The notes under the pieces: model-generated
The model's database searches: none
What the model was told of the DNA's origin: nothing
The model's input: the letters and a program-made list of their open reading frames with translations, nothing else
Translations under genes and position numbers: made by a program
Source of the DNA: Prolixibacteraceae bacterium
GTDB lineage: Bacteria; Bacteroidota; Bacteroidia; Bacteroidales; Prolixibacteraceae
NCBI GenBank assembly: GCA_029265875.1
Contig: JAJUGS010000001.1
Location: forward strand, 1-47,353
Reading direction: 5' to 3'
DNA: 47,353 nt
Part shown: positions 29,848-39,106 of the stretch, piece after piece
Layout: every line of letters starts with the position of its first letter
How positions within the stretch are numbered: the stretch's first letter is position 1

Positions 29848-29893
29848 AAAGGGGTCATTCATGATATTTTTATATCAAAATTGAATGACCCCT
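29848..29893 (-). terminator. Stem-loop between susD and the enzyme genes (weak terminator or mRNA-stabilising hairpin)
   Basis: Perfect 12-bp arms AGGGGTCATTCA (29850-29861) and TGAATGACCCCT (29882-29893), plus an inner TGATAT/ATATCA pair; only a short U tail. Confidence 0.65.
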
Positions 29894-29912
29894 GAAATTT
29901 AATCTAACTAAA

Positions 29913-31487
29913 CTAATAACCCGGATTTTGTGTTAATCCGCCAACGCTGTTGTCTATTTCTATTTGTGGGATTGGCAATCGTTTGTGTTTGCCAATCACG
30001 AAGTTGTTAAAATCTGCATCTCTCGATTTCAGTTCATCGATGCCAGCCTGGGTGTCGAGTAAACCCCAGCGTTTCAGGTCGGCCCATCTCCATCCTTCGA
30101 AACAAAGTTCAAGGGTGCGTTCCATCTGCAACCGTTTCATAAATGCTTCCGGCGAGTTCATCGCATCTTTGAAGGGGCTGTCTTCGAGTTTGCTGAGTTT
30201 GACCCTCTCTCTAACTTTATTTACGTATTGAACGGCTTCAGCAGGTGTTCCACCTGTTTTGATGATACATTCTGCATAATTCAGCAATACATCGGCGTAC
30301 CTGATAACACGGTAATTGTTGGGTGCAAAATAATCTTCGCGCTGACGGAAATACGAAGTGTTGTATTTCCTGATAAAGCAGCTTCCTCTCCAGCCTCTTG
30401 GTCCCCAGGCAGTGCGGGTGTCAATGTAATAGTACATTGGGTCGCCATCCGGGAAATCTTCGAGATACTGTTCGTAAAGAATGCTGTGGTAAAGGCGGAT
30501 ATCGTTTTTACCGTCCACACGTTTTTCTTTCTTGTACTCATCAACCAGCCACTGGCGGGCTTTTCCATCGCCCCAGCCAATGCCGCCGGGCGCATAAAAC
30601 TGTGTACGTTGAAAACCTGTGGCCATGCTGGCGTTATTGCCTGTACCACCTTTATTTGCATCGTTAAACTGGATTTCGAAAACACTTTCAATGTTGTTTT
30701 CATTCAGGTGAGTAAAATTGTCAACCCAATTGTCAACAAGGCCATAAATTGTACCTTCTTTACTGATTAACCATTGTAATTCAGTTTTGGCAAGGTCGTA
30801 TTTATTTTGCTGCATGTAAACTTTTGCAAGCAGTGCTTTGGCAGCCCCCATGGTTGCCCTTCCCTTGTTGGCGGCATCCCATGATTCGGGTAATGCTGCA
30901 GCAGCTTCTTTCAGGTCTTTTTCAATTTGTGCGTATATCTGTACATCGGTTGCTTGTACAGGTGTGTACCCGGCCTCAACTGGTTCGAGCACCAGCGAAC
31001 CTTTTTCCCAAAGCAATACAACCTGGAAATACCACAATGCACGCAGAAATTTAGCTTCTGCAAGCGCAGACTCCTTGCGGGCCGTATTGGTTGTAAATTC
31101 AATTTCAGGAACATATTTCAACACCTGGTTACAGCGGAAAATCCCCCTGTAAAAATGCTCCATGTGCACGTTATTGCCTTCATAAAAGTTGTAGTTTGCA
31201 TATTGAAATTTTACCCAGTTTGCCAATTCGTTCCAGGGAGAAGAACTCCAGCCTTCGTCGGAAGTAAGATCGTAACGAAAAGATAACCAGCGCATCCACG
31301 TACCTTCTTTGTACAATTGACTATAGCAGGCATTTACGCCGGCAATGGCGTCGTCCTGTGTTTTCCAGAATGATTCTGTGGTTGCTTCATTCGGGTTGTC
31401 AATATCCAGCAGATCCTGATTACATGAATATCCCAGCAGAATCAGGAGCAATAAAATTGAAGTGTATTTTATATTTTTCATTGTCAT
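29913..31487 (-). CDS. susD: RagB/SusD family lipoprotein
   Basis: Lipobox GYSC; YRGIFRCN, AEAKFLRALWYF, ESVFEIQF, IRYADVLLNYAE and ERTLELCFEGWRWADLKRWG; ends QNPGY. Confidence 0.96.
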   Translation of the reverse strand: MTMKNIKYTSILLLLILLGYSCNQDLLDIDNPNEATTESFWKTQDDAIAGVNACYSQLYKEGTWMRWLSFRYDLTSDEGWSSSPWNELANWVKFQYANYNFYEGNNVHMEHFYRGIFRCNQVLKYVPEIEFTTNTARKESALAEAKFLRALWYFQVVLLWEKGSLVLEPVEAGYTPVQATDVQIYAQIEKDLKEAAAALPESWDAANKGRATMGAAKALLAKVYMQQNKYDLAKTELQWLISKEGTIYGLVDNWVDNFTHLNENNIESVFEIQFNDANKGGTGNNASMATGFQRTQFYAPGGIGWGDGKARQWLVDEYKKEKRVDGKNDIRLYHSILYEQYLEDFPDGDPMYYYIDTRTAWGPRGWRGSCFIRKYNTSYFRQREDYFAPNNYRVIRYADVLLNYAECIIKTGGTPAEAVQYVNKVRERVKLSKLEDSPFKDAMNSPEAFMKRLQMERTLELCFEGWRWADLKRWGLLDTQAGIDELKSRDADFNNFVIGKHKRLPIPQIEIDNSVGGLTQNPGY

Positions 31488-31493
31488 TAGTTA

Positions 31494-34400
31494 TTAAAAG
31501 GTGATATCCAATCCTGCCATAAACGAGCGGGTATTCGGGAAAGCAAAACTATCGGTTCCCCTGTTCCAGACATCGGTATTGATAAAATCAGGATCTAACC
31601 CTTTGTACTGAGTAAGCGTAATCAGGTTGTTTCCGCTGATATAAAGTCTCAGAGCTTCAATACCGGTTTTCTTGAGTGTTTCCGCCGGGAAAGTATAGCC
31701 AATCTGGAAGTTTTTCATTCTGAGGTAAGAGCCACTTTCGAGGTAACGATCGCTGGTTTGTGTATTTCGCGTGTCGTTATAAATAATTCTCGGGAAACTT
31801 GAATTCGGGTTTACCTGGTAAGGTTCTTCACCTGCTTCAAATTCAAGATAGTTGGAGTTGTCGGCAAAATAGCGACCCTGCCAGTATGCCACGTTGTACA
31901 CATCGTTACCGAATTGACCGTTCCACATCATCGATGCATCGAAGTTTTTCCACGAAGCATTGAATAACAATGACATTTGCATTCCGGGCCATGGATTTCC
32001 GACAATCTGCCTGTCGTTTTGTGTGATCTGGCCATTATCATCAGTATCAATGTAACGTACATCGCCGAGTTTAGGCCTTTTACCATTAATAGTGATCGGT
32101 GTACCATTTGAAGTTACATAATTGTCGATTTCAGCCTGGGTTCTGAATAAATCATCCGTTTTCAGCATGTAAAACATCGACAATGGTTGGCCAACCATCG
32201 ATTTGGTGGTACCCGTGTAATAAACATCTTTTCCGTAGCCTAACTCAAGAACTTCGTTTTTAAGCGTTGTGAAATTGGCTGTTACACTATATTTAAAATC
32301 GTTCACGGCATCTCTCCAGGTAAAGGTTCCTTCAATTCCTGTATTTTTTAAGCTGGCTGCATTGGCAACAGGAGCGCCCCCTTCGTTTCCGGTTGCAAGG
32401 GCAATCGGCATTCCGGTCAGTACATCTTTCGAGGTGGCATTGTAATATTCCATGCTCACACCTAAACGCTGGTCAAGGAAAGCAGCATCAAAACCAATGT
32501 TGTAGGTTTCTTTGGTTTCCCATCTTAAATCAGAGTTTACAATCCTTACCTGTGTTGCACCAGATTGAAGTGCCTGTGAAGCGCCGAAAACAGTTACAAT
32601 GGTTTGGTTGATAGTTCCCAGATAGGCCCAGTTTCCAATGTCGGCAATACCCAGAATACCCCAGTTACCTCTTATTTTCAGGTCATCAATCCAGTTTACG
32701 CCAAAGAAGCTTTCGTTTGAAATTCTCCACGCACCTGAAACAGAAGGGAAATTCTGCCATCTGTTTTTGGTTGATAATCTCGAAGTGCCATCCCTTCTGA
32801 GCGTTGCTGAGAAAAGGTATTTATTGTCATAACTGTAATTAGCCCTTCCGAGGTATGAAATCAAAGCATTTTCAGCAATGTTGTTTGAGTTGGTCTGGTT
32901 GGCCTGGCCGGCATCAAGAACAGTCAGGTAGTCATCGCCCACTTTCGGGAATTTAAGGCGTGCACCATATAAACTTTCGCTGATAAATGTCTGGTAGGTA
33001 ATACCGCCAAAGGCATCGATGTGATGTTTACCGAAGTCACGGCTGAAATTCAAAGTATTTTCAACCAGCCTGTTATAAGTATGCACCATTTGTTTTTGGC
33101 TTTCCGAATCACGGTATTCCTGGTTTAATGTCCAGTTGCCCACACCGCGGAACCAGTTTCTTTCGTACCAAAAGTAGTCAACGCCGGCGTTTAGTTTATA
33201 GGTAAGTCCTTTGAACAATTCAAGTTCGGCCCAGAAAGTTCCGTTAAATCTGTGCTGAATGATATTCTGGTATTCAAGGTCTTCGCGTGCAATCGGGTTG
33301 GTTCCGAATGTACGGGCATTTTGTTCACTTCCATAACCATACCCTCCCAGGTTGTTATTATCATAAACCGGAATGGTTGGCATCATTCTCAGGAAGTCGT
33401 TGTATGGATTGGTTTGAAGCGGATCGGTGTCCGTGTAGGTAAAAAACATGTTCTCCCCGAATTTTAACCTGCCCCTTTTACCTTCGCTGTTAATTCTGAA
33501 TGAGAAACGGTCGAAAGAGTTGCCATAAACAACACCTTTATTGTTATGATAGCCTGCTCCGATCAGGTATTTGGCCTCTTTGCTCCCACCTGAAAGAGAA
33601 AGGTTGTAATCCTGAACGAGAGCAGTCTGAAGCACTTCGTCCTGCCAGTCGGTATCATTGTTCCAGTGGTCTTGTTTGCTCGAAGTCCAGACACCATCTT
33701 TGATCCCTTCCTCGTAAGCAAGGTCGTTGTAAAACTTGTAATCTTCAGCGCCCATCAAAGGATATCGAGGCGACCATTCCCATGATTCCTTTACATTCAG
33801 GCTCACTTTCATCGGGCCTTCCTTCCCGCTTTTTGTGGTGACAATAATTACACCGTTTGCAGCACGTGAACCATAAATAGCTGCAGTAGAAGCATCTTTC
33901 AGAATCTGGATTGATTCAACGTCAGCCGGGTTAAATTCAGCACCGGGAGTAGAAATCATTCCGTCGATAATCCAGAGAGGAGTGCGGTTGCTTAAAGTTC
34001 CCACACCACGGATTTCGATAAAAGCATCCGAACCGGCACGGCCTGTGCTTCTTACATTAACACCGGTTGCCAAACCCTGTAACTGGGTTCCAATGGTACC
34101 GGCATTTGATTTTTTCATGTCGTCAGATTTTACCACTGACACAGCGCCGGTTAAATCCGATTTTTTTACAGTTCCGTAACCGATGGCTACTACTTCATCA
34201 AGCCCGATGGATTCTTCTGCCAAAATAACATCCAATGAAGTTCTTCCCTGAACCGGAATTTCCTGAGATTTCATTCCCACAAAAGAAAAAACAATGGTTC
34301 CGTTTGCGGGAACATTAGTAAGCATGAAACTTCCTTCGTTATTGGTAACAGTCCCGTTTTGTGTTCCTTTTACCATTACAGTTACACCCGGAAGCGGATT

Positions 34401-34496
34401 GTTTCTCGTATCGGTTACTTTCCCGCTAAGTGATGTGTTTTGTGCGATTCCCCAAAAAGGAATCACAATAAGCATTAAAAACAGAAATTTTTTCAT
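31494..34496 (-). CDS. susC: SusC/RagA family TonB-dependent transporter
   Basis: LDEVVAIGYGT; NPADVESIQILKDASTAAIYGSRAANGVIIVTTKSG; LRWET; SDRYLESGSYLRMKN; terminal Phe. Confidence 0.97.
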   Translation of the reverse strand: MKKFLFLMLIVIPFWGIAQNTSLSGKVTDTRNNPLPGVTVMVKGTQNGTVTNNEGSFMLTNVPANGTIVFSFVGMKSQEIPVQGRTSLDVILAEESIGLDEVVAIGYGTVKKSDLTGAVSVVKSDDMKKSNAGTIGTQLQGLATGVNVRSTGRAGSDAFIEIRGVGTLSNRTPLWIIDGMISTPGAEFNPADVESIQILKDASTAAIYGSRAANGVIIVTTKSGKEGPMKVSLNVKESWEWSPRYPLMGAEDYKFYNDLAYEEGIKDGVWTSSKQDHWNNDTDWQDEVLQTALVQDYNLSLSGGSKEAKYLIGAGYHNNKGVVYGNSFDRFSFRINSEGKRGRLKFGENMFFTYTDTDPLQTNPYNDFLRMMPTIPVYDNNNLGGYGYGSEQNARTFGTNPIAREDLEYQNIIQHRFNGTFWAELELFKGLTYKLNAGVDYFWYERNWFRGVGNWTLNQEYRDSESQKQMVHTYNRLVENTLNFSRDFGKHHIDAFGGITYQTFISESLYGARLKFPKVGDDYLTVLDAGQANQTNSNNIAENALISYLGRANYSYDNKYLFSATLRRDGTSRLSTKNRWQNFPSVSGAWRISNESFFGVNWIDDLKIRGNWGILGIADIGNWAYLGTINQTIVTVFGASQALQSGATQVRIVNSDLRWETKETYNIGFDAAFLDQRLGVSMEYYNATSKDVLTGMPIALATGNEGGAPVANAASLKNTGIEGTFTWRDAVNDFKYSVTANFTTLKNEVLELGYGKDVYYTGTTKSMVGQPLSMFYMLKTDDLFRTQAEIDNYVTSNGTPITINGKRPKLGDVRYIDTDDNGQITQNDRQIVGNPWPGMQMSLLFNASWKNFDASMMWNGQFGNDVYNVAYWQGRYFADNSNYLEFEAGEEPYQVNPNSSFPRIIYNDTRNTQTSDRYLESGSYLRMKNFQIGYTFPAETLKKTGIEALRLYISGNNLITLTQYKGLDPDFINTDVWNRGTDSFAFPNTRSFMAGLDITF

Positions 34497-34776
34497 TATT
34501 CATAAGTTAATTGTGAAATTTTATTGATTTTATTTTATCACGAATAGGCTGATTAACAGCTTTGATCGTCAAAAAAAAATGCTGATAGTTTGCTGTGTAG
34601 TTGCACCTCCTTCCCTGTTTGTAAAACCATACTTTTATTATCTGACGGTTTATGCTACCATACCGCCTGAAAGTAAAGTAAAGGGCAATCCATTGCTTTT
34701 TGTAGAAATTTTTAGGCAAGAAATAACATCATTTAATCAATTAATGCGGGGAAAGTCCATTTTAAAGCGATTCTAC

Positions 34777-34810
34777 CAATCTGTTTCATTTTATGAGCAG
34801 ATTGTTTCAT
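34777..34810. promoter_or_regulatory. Candidate HTCS (AraC-type) binding site: direct repeat with 21-bp period
   Basis: CAATCTGTTTCAT (34777-34789) and CAGATTGTTTCAT (34798-34810), with the core TGTTTCAT exact, in the divergent susC/HTCS intergenic region. Confidence 0.55.
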
Positions 34811-34893
34811 CGATTTTATCAATTCCCGGATCATTCAACCAGAAATGTGTTTTATTTTGATTTTTAAATGAATCACAAATTATTTGTCTGGAT

Positions 34894-37800
34894 ATGAAAA
34901 GGTTTCTGAATTTGATTGTTTGTTTACTTGCAAACCTTTTTATTGTTTCATTGCAATTGCCCGGAAATAATCTTACTTTCAGAAAGTACCAGGTGACCAA
35001 TGGGCTGTCGGAGAATACTGTGCAGGCTATTTTACAGGACCGGCAGGGCTTTTTATGGTTTGGCACAAAAGATGGCTTAAACCGGTTCGACGGGAAAGAG
35101 TACCGGATTTTCAGAAACAATCCACGGAATCCGGGTTCAATCGGGAATAATTTTGTACGTTCAATCTTCGAAGACACTGATGGCAAACTTTGGATTGGGA
35201 CCGACAACCGGATATTTATTTACAACCCTGTAACCGAGTATTTTTCTTCCTTCGAAGTAAAAACTGCAGCCGGAGTTTCAATAAACTCTGCCGTAACCGC
35301 TATCTGTGCCGAAAACGAAAATATCATCTGGATTGGAACAATGACACAAGGTGCGTTTTGTTACACAAAAGATTCGGGCAAGCTCGAACAGTTTACCGAA
35401 GATGATGATTTTAACTCGCTGAAATCAAACCTTGTGTGGAGGATTTATAAAGATTTGTCGGAAACAATCTGGATTGGTACCCGTGGCGGATTGAGCCGGT
35501 TTAACCGTGAAACCCGCAATTTTCAGAAATATACTCCCGCCGGAAGTTTAAATGTTGCAGGTGACAATGAAATTCTTTCCATTCATGAAGATGCCGACGG
35601 GGAGCTGTGGCTGGGAACCTGGTCGGGCGGATTGTTTAAAATGGACAAACAAACACAGACTTTTACAAACTTTTTCGATAAAAATAAAGCTCCCTATATT
35701 TCCAAAATCAGGGCTATCAGCGGGTACGAAAAAAACAGCCTGCTAATCGGGTCTGACGATGGTTTGTACCTGAAGGAAAAAACAACCGGCGCAGTTCAGC
35801 GGGTTGACGACCCCGGCGACCCCAGCAGCCTGAGCGACCAGAATGTATATTCGATATACAACGACAGGGAAGGCGGAATTTGGATCGGTACCTATTTTGG
35901 CGGCGTTAACTACCTGTCGGCCAACAGAAATACCATTGAGCATTATTATCCGGGTTGTTCCGACTCCTATTTATCAGGAAAAGCGGTGAGCCAGTTTTGC
36001 GAAGACGAAAAAGGAAACCTGTGGATTGCCACCGAAGATGGCGGACTCAATTATTTTGATGTTCAGAAAAAGCAATTCAGAAAAATAAAACCACAAAAAA
36101 CGGGAAACGGGTTGAGTTATCACAATTTGCACTCGCTCGTTCTGGACGGAGATAACCTGTGGATTGGAACTTTTTCGAGCGGGATTGATGTACTGAACGT
36201 TAAAACAAACGCTTTCAGAAACTATCGTTTTGATTCCAATAACAAGAACTCAATCGACGACAACTGTGTTTTTTCGATTTACAAAAAAAAGAACTCCGAC
36301 ATTTTTGTAGGCACACCTTTCGGCCTCAGCAGGTTCAACAGAGCTGATAATAATTTCGAAAGAATTGCCGAAGTGCGCAGCTTTGTTTACGACATGCAGG
36401 AAGACAGTCACGGACTGTTTTGGGTGACTACTTATGGCGATGGAGTTTTTCAGTACAACCCGGTTACAAAACAGTGGAAAAATTATCTGCACGATGATAA
36501 ATCTACAAAATCGCTGAATTTCAATAAAGTAATCGATGTTTTTGTGGACGATAAACAAAGACTTTGGTTTGCAACCGAAGGCCGTGGAATTTGTAAATAC
36601 AATTACGAAACTGATGATTTCACCACAATCGACGAGTCAACAGGGTTGCCCAACAATGTGGCTTACGGTATTCTTGACGACAAATACGGGAATATCTGGG
36701 TGAGCACAAATATGGGAATTACAAAAATCAACCCCGAAACCCTCGAAATGAAAACCTATACCAAAGAAGATGGGTTGCAAAGCAACCAGTTTAATTACAG
36801 GTCGAGCTATAAGGCACGCAACGGTATGTTTTATTTTGGAGGAATCAACGGATTTAACGCTTTTCATCCTGATAACCTGAGAGAGAATAATTATATACCC
36901 CCGGTTGTTATTTCTGCTTTCGAGTTAATTGACAAGGAAAACCCTTTTGAACCCGATTCGTTGCTGAAAACAGCCATTAACCGCGACAAAAAAATTACCC
37001 TGAAATACAATCAGGCTTCTTTCCGGATTGGATTTGTCAGTATGAGCTACCAGGCAGTGGAGAAAAATCAGTATTCGTGTATTATGGAAGGGCTTGAAGA
37101 AAAATGGAGGTCGGTTGGCAACCAGAATTCGCTTATTTTCAGTAATCTTGAACCGGGAGAATATACTTTCAGGGTGAAAGGCTCCAACAATGATGGTGTG
37201 TGGAATGAAACCGGCGATTTCCTGCAAATCGAAATTCTGCCTCCTTTTTGGAAAAGCAACGTGGCTTTAATGTTTTATGGCTTGCTCTTTCTTTCGGGAC
37301 TGTTTTTGGGGATCAGGATCATTGTGCGCAATTCGCAAAAGCGGCACAAACAAAAAATTGAAGAGATTAAAATTGAAAAAGAGAAAGAGTTGTACAACTC
37401 AAAGATCAGCTTTTTCACCAACATCGCACATGAAATCAGAACCCCAGTGAGTCTGATCAAAGCGCCGCTTGAAAATATTGTGAACAGTACACAATGCCCG
37501 CCTGAAGCAAAGGAAAATTTACAGGTAATTGAAAGAAACACCGAAAAACTGCTGGTACTCGTCAACCAGTTGCTCGATTTCAGAAAAATTGAGGAAAACC
37601 AGTACCGGATGAGTTTTGTGCACACAAACGTCAACGATTTATTGAACGATATCTACATGAGTTTTAAGGCTACCGGCAGTAAGAACAACATTGAGCTGAT
37701 GCTGTTTTTGCCCTCCAAAAAAGTAGTTGCCAATATCGACAAAGATGCATTGAACAAGGTAATGAGTAACTTGCTGTCGAACGCCCTGAAATTTGCTTCG

Positions 37801-38940
37801 CAAAAAATCGAAATCCGTCTTTCAGAAAATAAAAAGGCAGGAATAATTGAAATCAGGGTTACCGACGATGGCCCGGGGATTGAAAAAGAAATGCAGGAAA
37901 AAGTATTTGAACCATTTTTTCAGATCACAAACAGCGAAACACAGGCAAAAACCAACGGAACTGGCATCGGGCTTTCGCTTGCCCGACAATTGGTCGACCG
38001 GCACTCGGGCAAAATCTTTATTGATGATAAAAGCGAAAACTGCTGCTTCGTTGTGCAGATTCCCACCAATTTGCCAGTTTCACCCGAAGAGCTGGTAATT
38101 GAAGATGAGCCGGCTGCTGCTGTAAAAACAGTTCATCAAAGTCAACATCACCCCGACAAAATGTATCTTCTGGTGGTTGAAGACAATGAGGAGCTGCAGA
38201 ATTTTATTGAAAAAAACCTGAATAAAGACTTCAATGTTTTTGTAGCGAATAACGGTGAGGAAGCCATGAAAATTCTGGAAGAATCAACCGTCGACCTGGT
38301 AGTGAGCGATATTGTAATGCCGGGTATCGACGGGCTTGAACTCACCCGGCTTATCAAGCAAAACGAACAGTACAGCCATATCCCGGTGATTTTGCTGTCG
38401 GCAAAAACAAACATCAGCACAAAAATCGAAGGGCTCGAATATGGAGCGGATATTTATATTGAAAAGCCTTTTTCGCTGGTTTACCTGAAGGCGCAAATCA
38501 GCAGCCTGATTGAAAACAGGATGCGGGTGCTCGACAAATTTTCGAAATCGCCATTTATTTCCTACGGAACCATTGCCAATAACAAAAGAGACGAAGATTT
38601 CATTCAGCGTATCAACTCAGAAATTGAAAAGAACATTCTGGATGTTGATTTTTCGATTGAAAAATTAGCCCATAACCTTTCGATGAGCCGCTCGAACCTG
38701 CAACGAAAAATTAAAGGTATTTCGGGGATGGCACCCAACGATTACATCAGGGTTTACCGCCTGAAAAAAGCTGCCGACCTGATGATGAAAGAGGATTATC
38801 GCATCAACGAAATTTGTTACATCGTTGGATTTAACAGCGGATCTTATTTCGCAAAATGTTTCCAGAAACAATTTGGGGTTTTGCCAAAAGATTTTGTGAA
38901 ATCAGCAGAACAGGAATCGAAAATCAGTAACGAAAGTTAG
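34894..38940 (+). CDS. Hybrid two-component system (beta-propeller sensor, Y_Y_Y, histidine kinase, receiver, AraC HTH)
   Basis: Repeated GLSxN.V..I..D..G.LWxGT blades; PGEYTFRVKGSNNDGVW; TM helix; NIAHEIRTP; GTGIGL; SDIVMP; GFNSGSYFAKCFQKQFG. Confidence 0.97.
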   Translation: MKRFLNLIVCLLANLFIVSLQLPGNNLTFRKYQVTNGLSENTVQAILQDRQGFLWFGTKDGLNRFDGKEYRIFRNNPRNPGSIGNNFVRSIFEDTDGKLWIGTDNRIFIYNPVTEYFSSFEVKTAAGVSINSAVTAICAENENIIWIGTMTQGAFCYTKDSGKLEQFTEDDDFNSLKSNLVWRIYKDLSETIWIGTRGGLSRFNRETRNFQKYTPAGSLNVAGDNEILSIHEDADGELWLGTWSGGLFKMDKQTQTFTNFFDKNKAPYISKIRAISGYEKNSLLIGSDDGLYLKEKTTGAVQRVDDPGDPSSLSDQNVYSIYNDREGGIWIGTYFGGVNYLSANRNTIEHYYPGCSDSYLSGKAVSQFCEDEKGNLWIATEDGGLNYFDVQKKQFRKIKPQKTGNGLSYHNLHSLVLDGDNLWIGTFSSGIDVLNVKTNAFRNYRFDSNNKNSIDDNCVFSIYKKKNSDIFVGTPFGLSRFNRADNNFERIAEVRSFVYDMQEDSHGLFWVTTYGDGVFQYNPVTKQWKNYLHDDKSTKSLNFNKVIDVFVDDKQRLWFATEGRGICKYNYETDDFTTIDESTGLPNNVAYGILDDKYGNIWVSTNMGITKINPETLEMKTYTKEDGLQSNQFNYRSSYKARNGMFYFGGINGFNAFHPDNLRENNYIPPVVISAFELIDKENPFEPDSLLKTAINRDKKITLKYNQASFRIGFVSMSYQAVEKNQYSCIMEGLEEKWRSVGNQNSLIFSNLEPGEYTFRVKGSNNDGVWNETGDFLQIEILPPFWKSNVALMFYGLLFLSGLFLGIRIIVRNSQKRHKQKIEEIKIEKEKELYNSKISFFTNIAHEIRTPVSLIKAPLENIVNSTQCPPEAKENLQVIERNTEKLLVLVNQLLDFRKIEENQYRMSFVHTNVNDLLNDIYMSFKATGSKNNIELMLFLPSKKVVANIDKDALNKVMSNLLSNALKFASQKIEIRLSENKKAGIIEIRVTDDGPGIEKEMQEKVFEPFFQITNSETQAKTNGTGIGLSLARQLVDRHSGKIFIDDKSENCCFVVQIPTNLPVSPEELVIEDEPAAAVKTVHQSQHHPDKMYLLVVEDNEELQNFIEKNLNKDFNVFVANNGEEAMKILEESTVDLVVSDIVMPGIDGLELTRLIKQNEQYSHIPVILLSAKTNISTKIEGLEYGADIYIEKPFSLVYLKAQISSLIENRMRVLDKFSKSPFISYGTIANNKRDEDFIQRINSEIEKNILDVDFSIEKLAHNLSMSRSNLQRKIKGISGMAPNDYIRVYRLKKAADLMMKEDYRINEICYIVGFNSGSYFAKCFQKQFGVLPKDFVKSAEQESKISNES

Positions 38941-39106
38941 ATTTCAAATTCTGTAAAAATGGGATGAGTAAGTAAAATTGCTGATATCTATATTCCTCTT
39001 ATTGATTTTCAGGTGTAGTCAGCTTCTGTAACACCTGTTTAGCTTTTTGAAAAACAATCAAAAGTATTTTTCGTTAAAATAACCGGTGCTCTCGTTCTAC
39101 TTTGAA

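Noticed and set aside
30228-30770. 180-aa plus-strand ORF and the many other 60-170-aa ORFs nested in PUL genes
   Set aside because: They lie within or opposite genes with clear family motifs and show no independent coding evidence.
34571-34579. A9 tract as a slippage switch or terminator tail
   Set aside because: Homopolymers of this length are common in this AT-rich DNA, and no strong stem directly precedes it on the minus strand.
34507-34719. 70-aa ORF upstream of susC as a leader peptide
   Set aside because: It has a non-ATG start that probably lies upstream of the transcription start, and no overlap coupling or telling composition.
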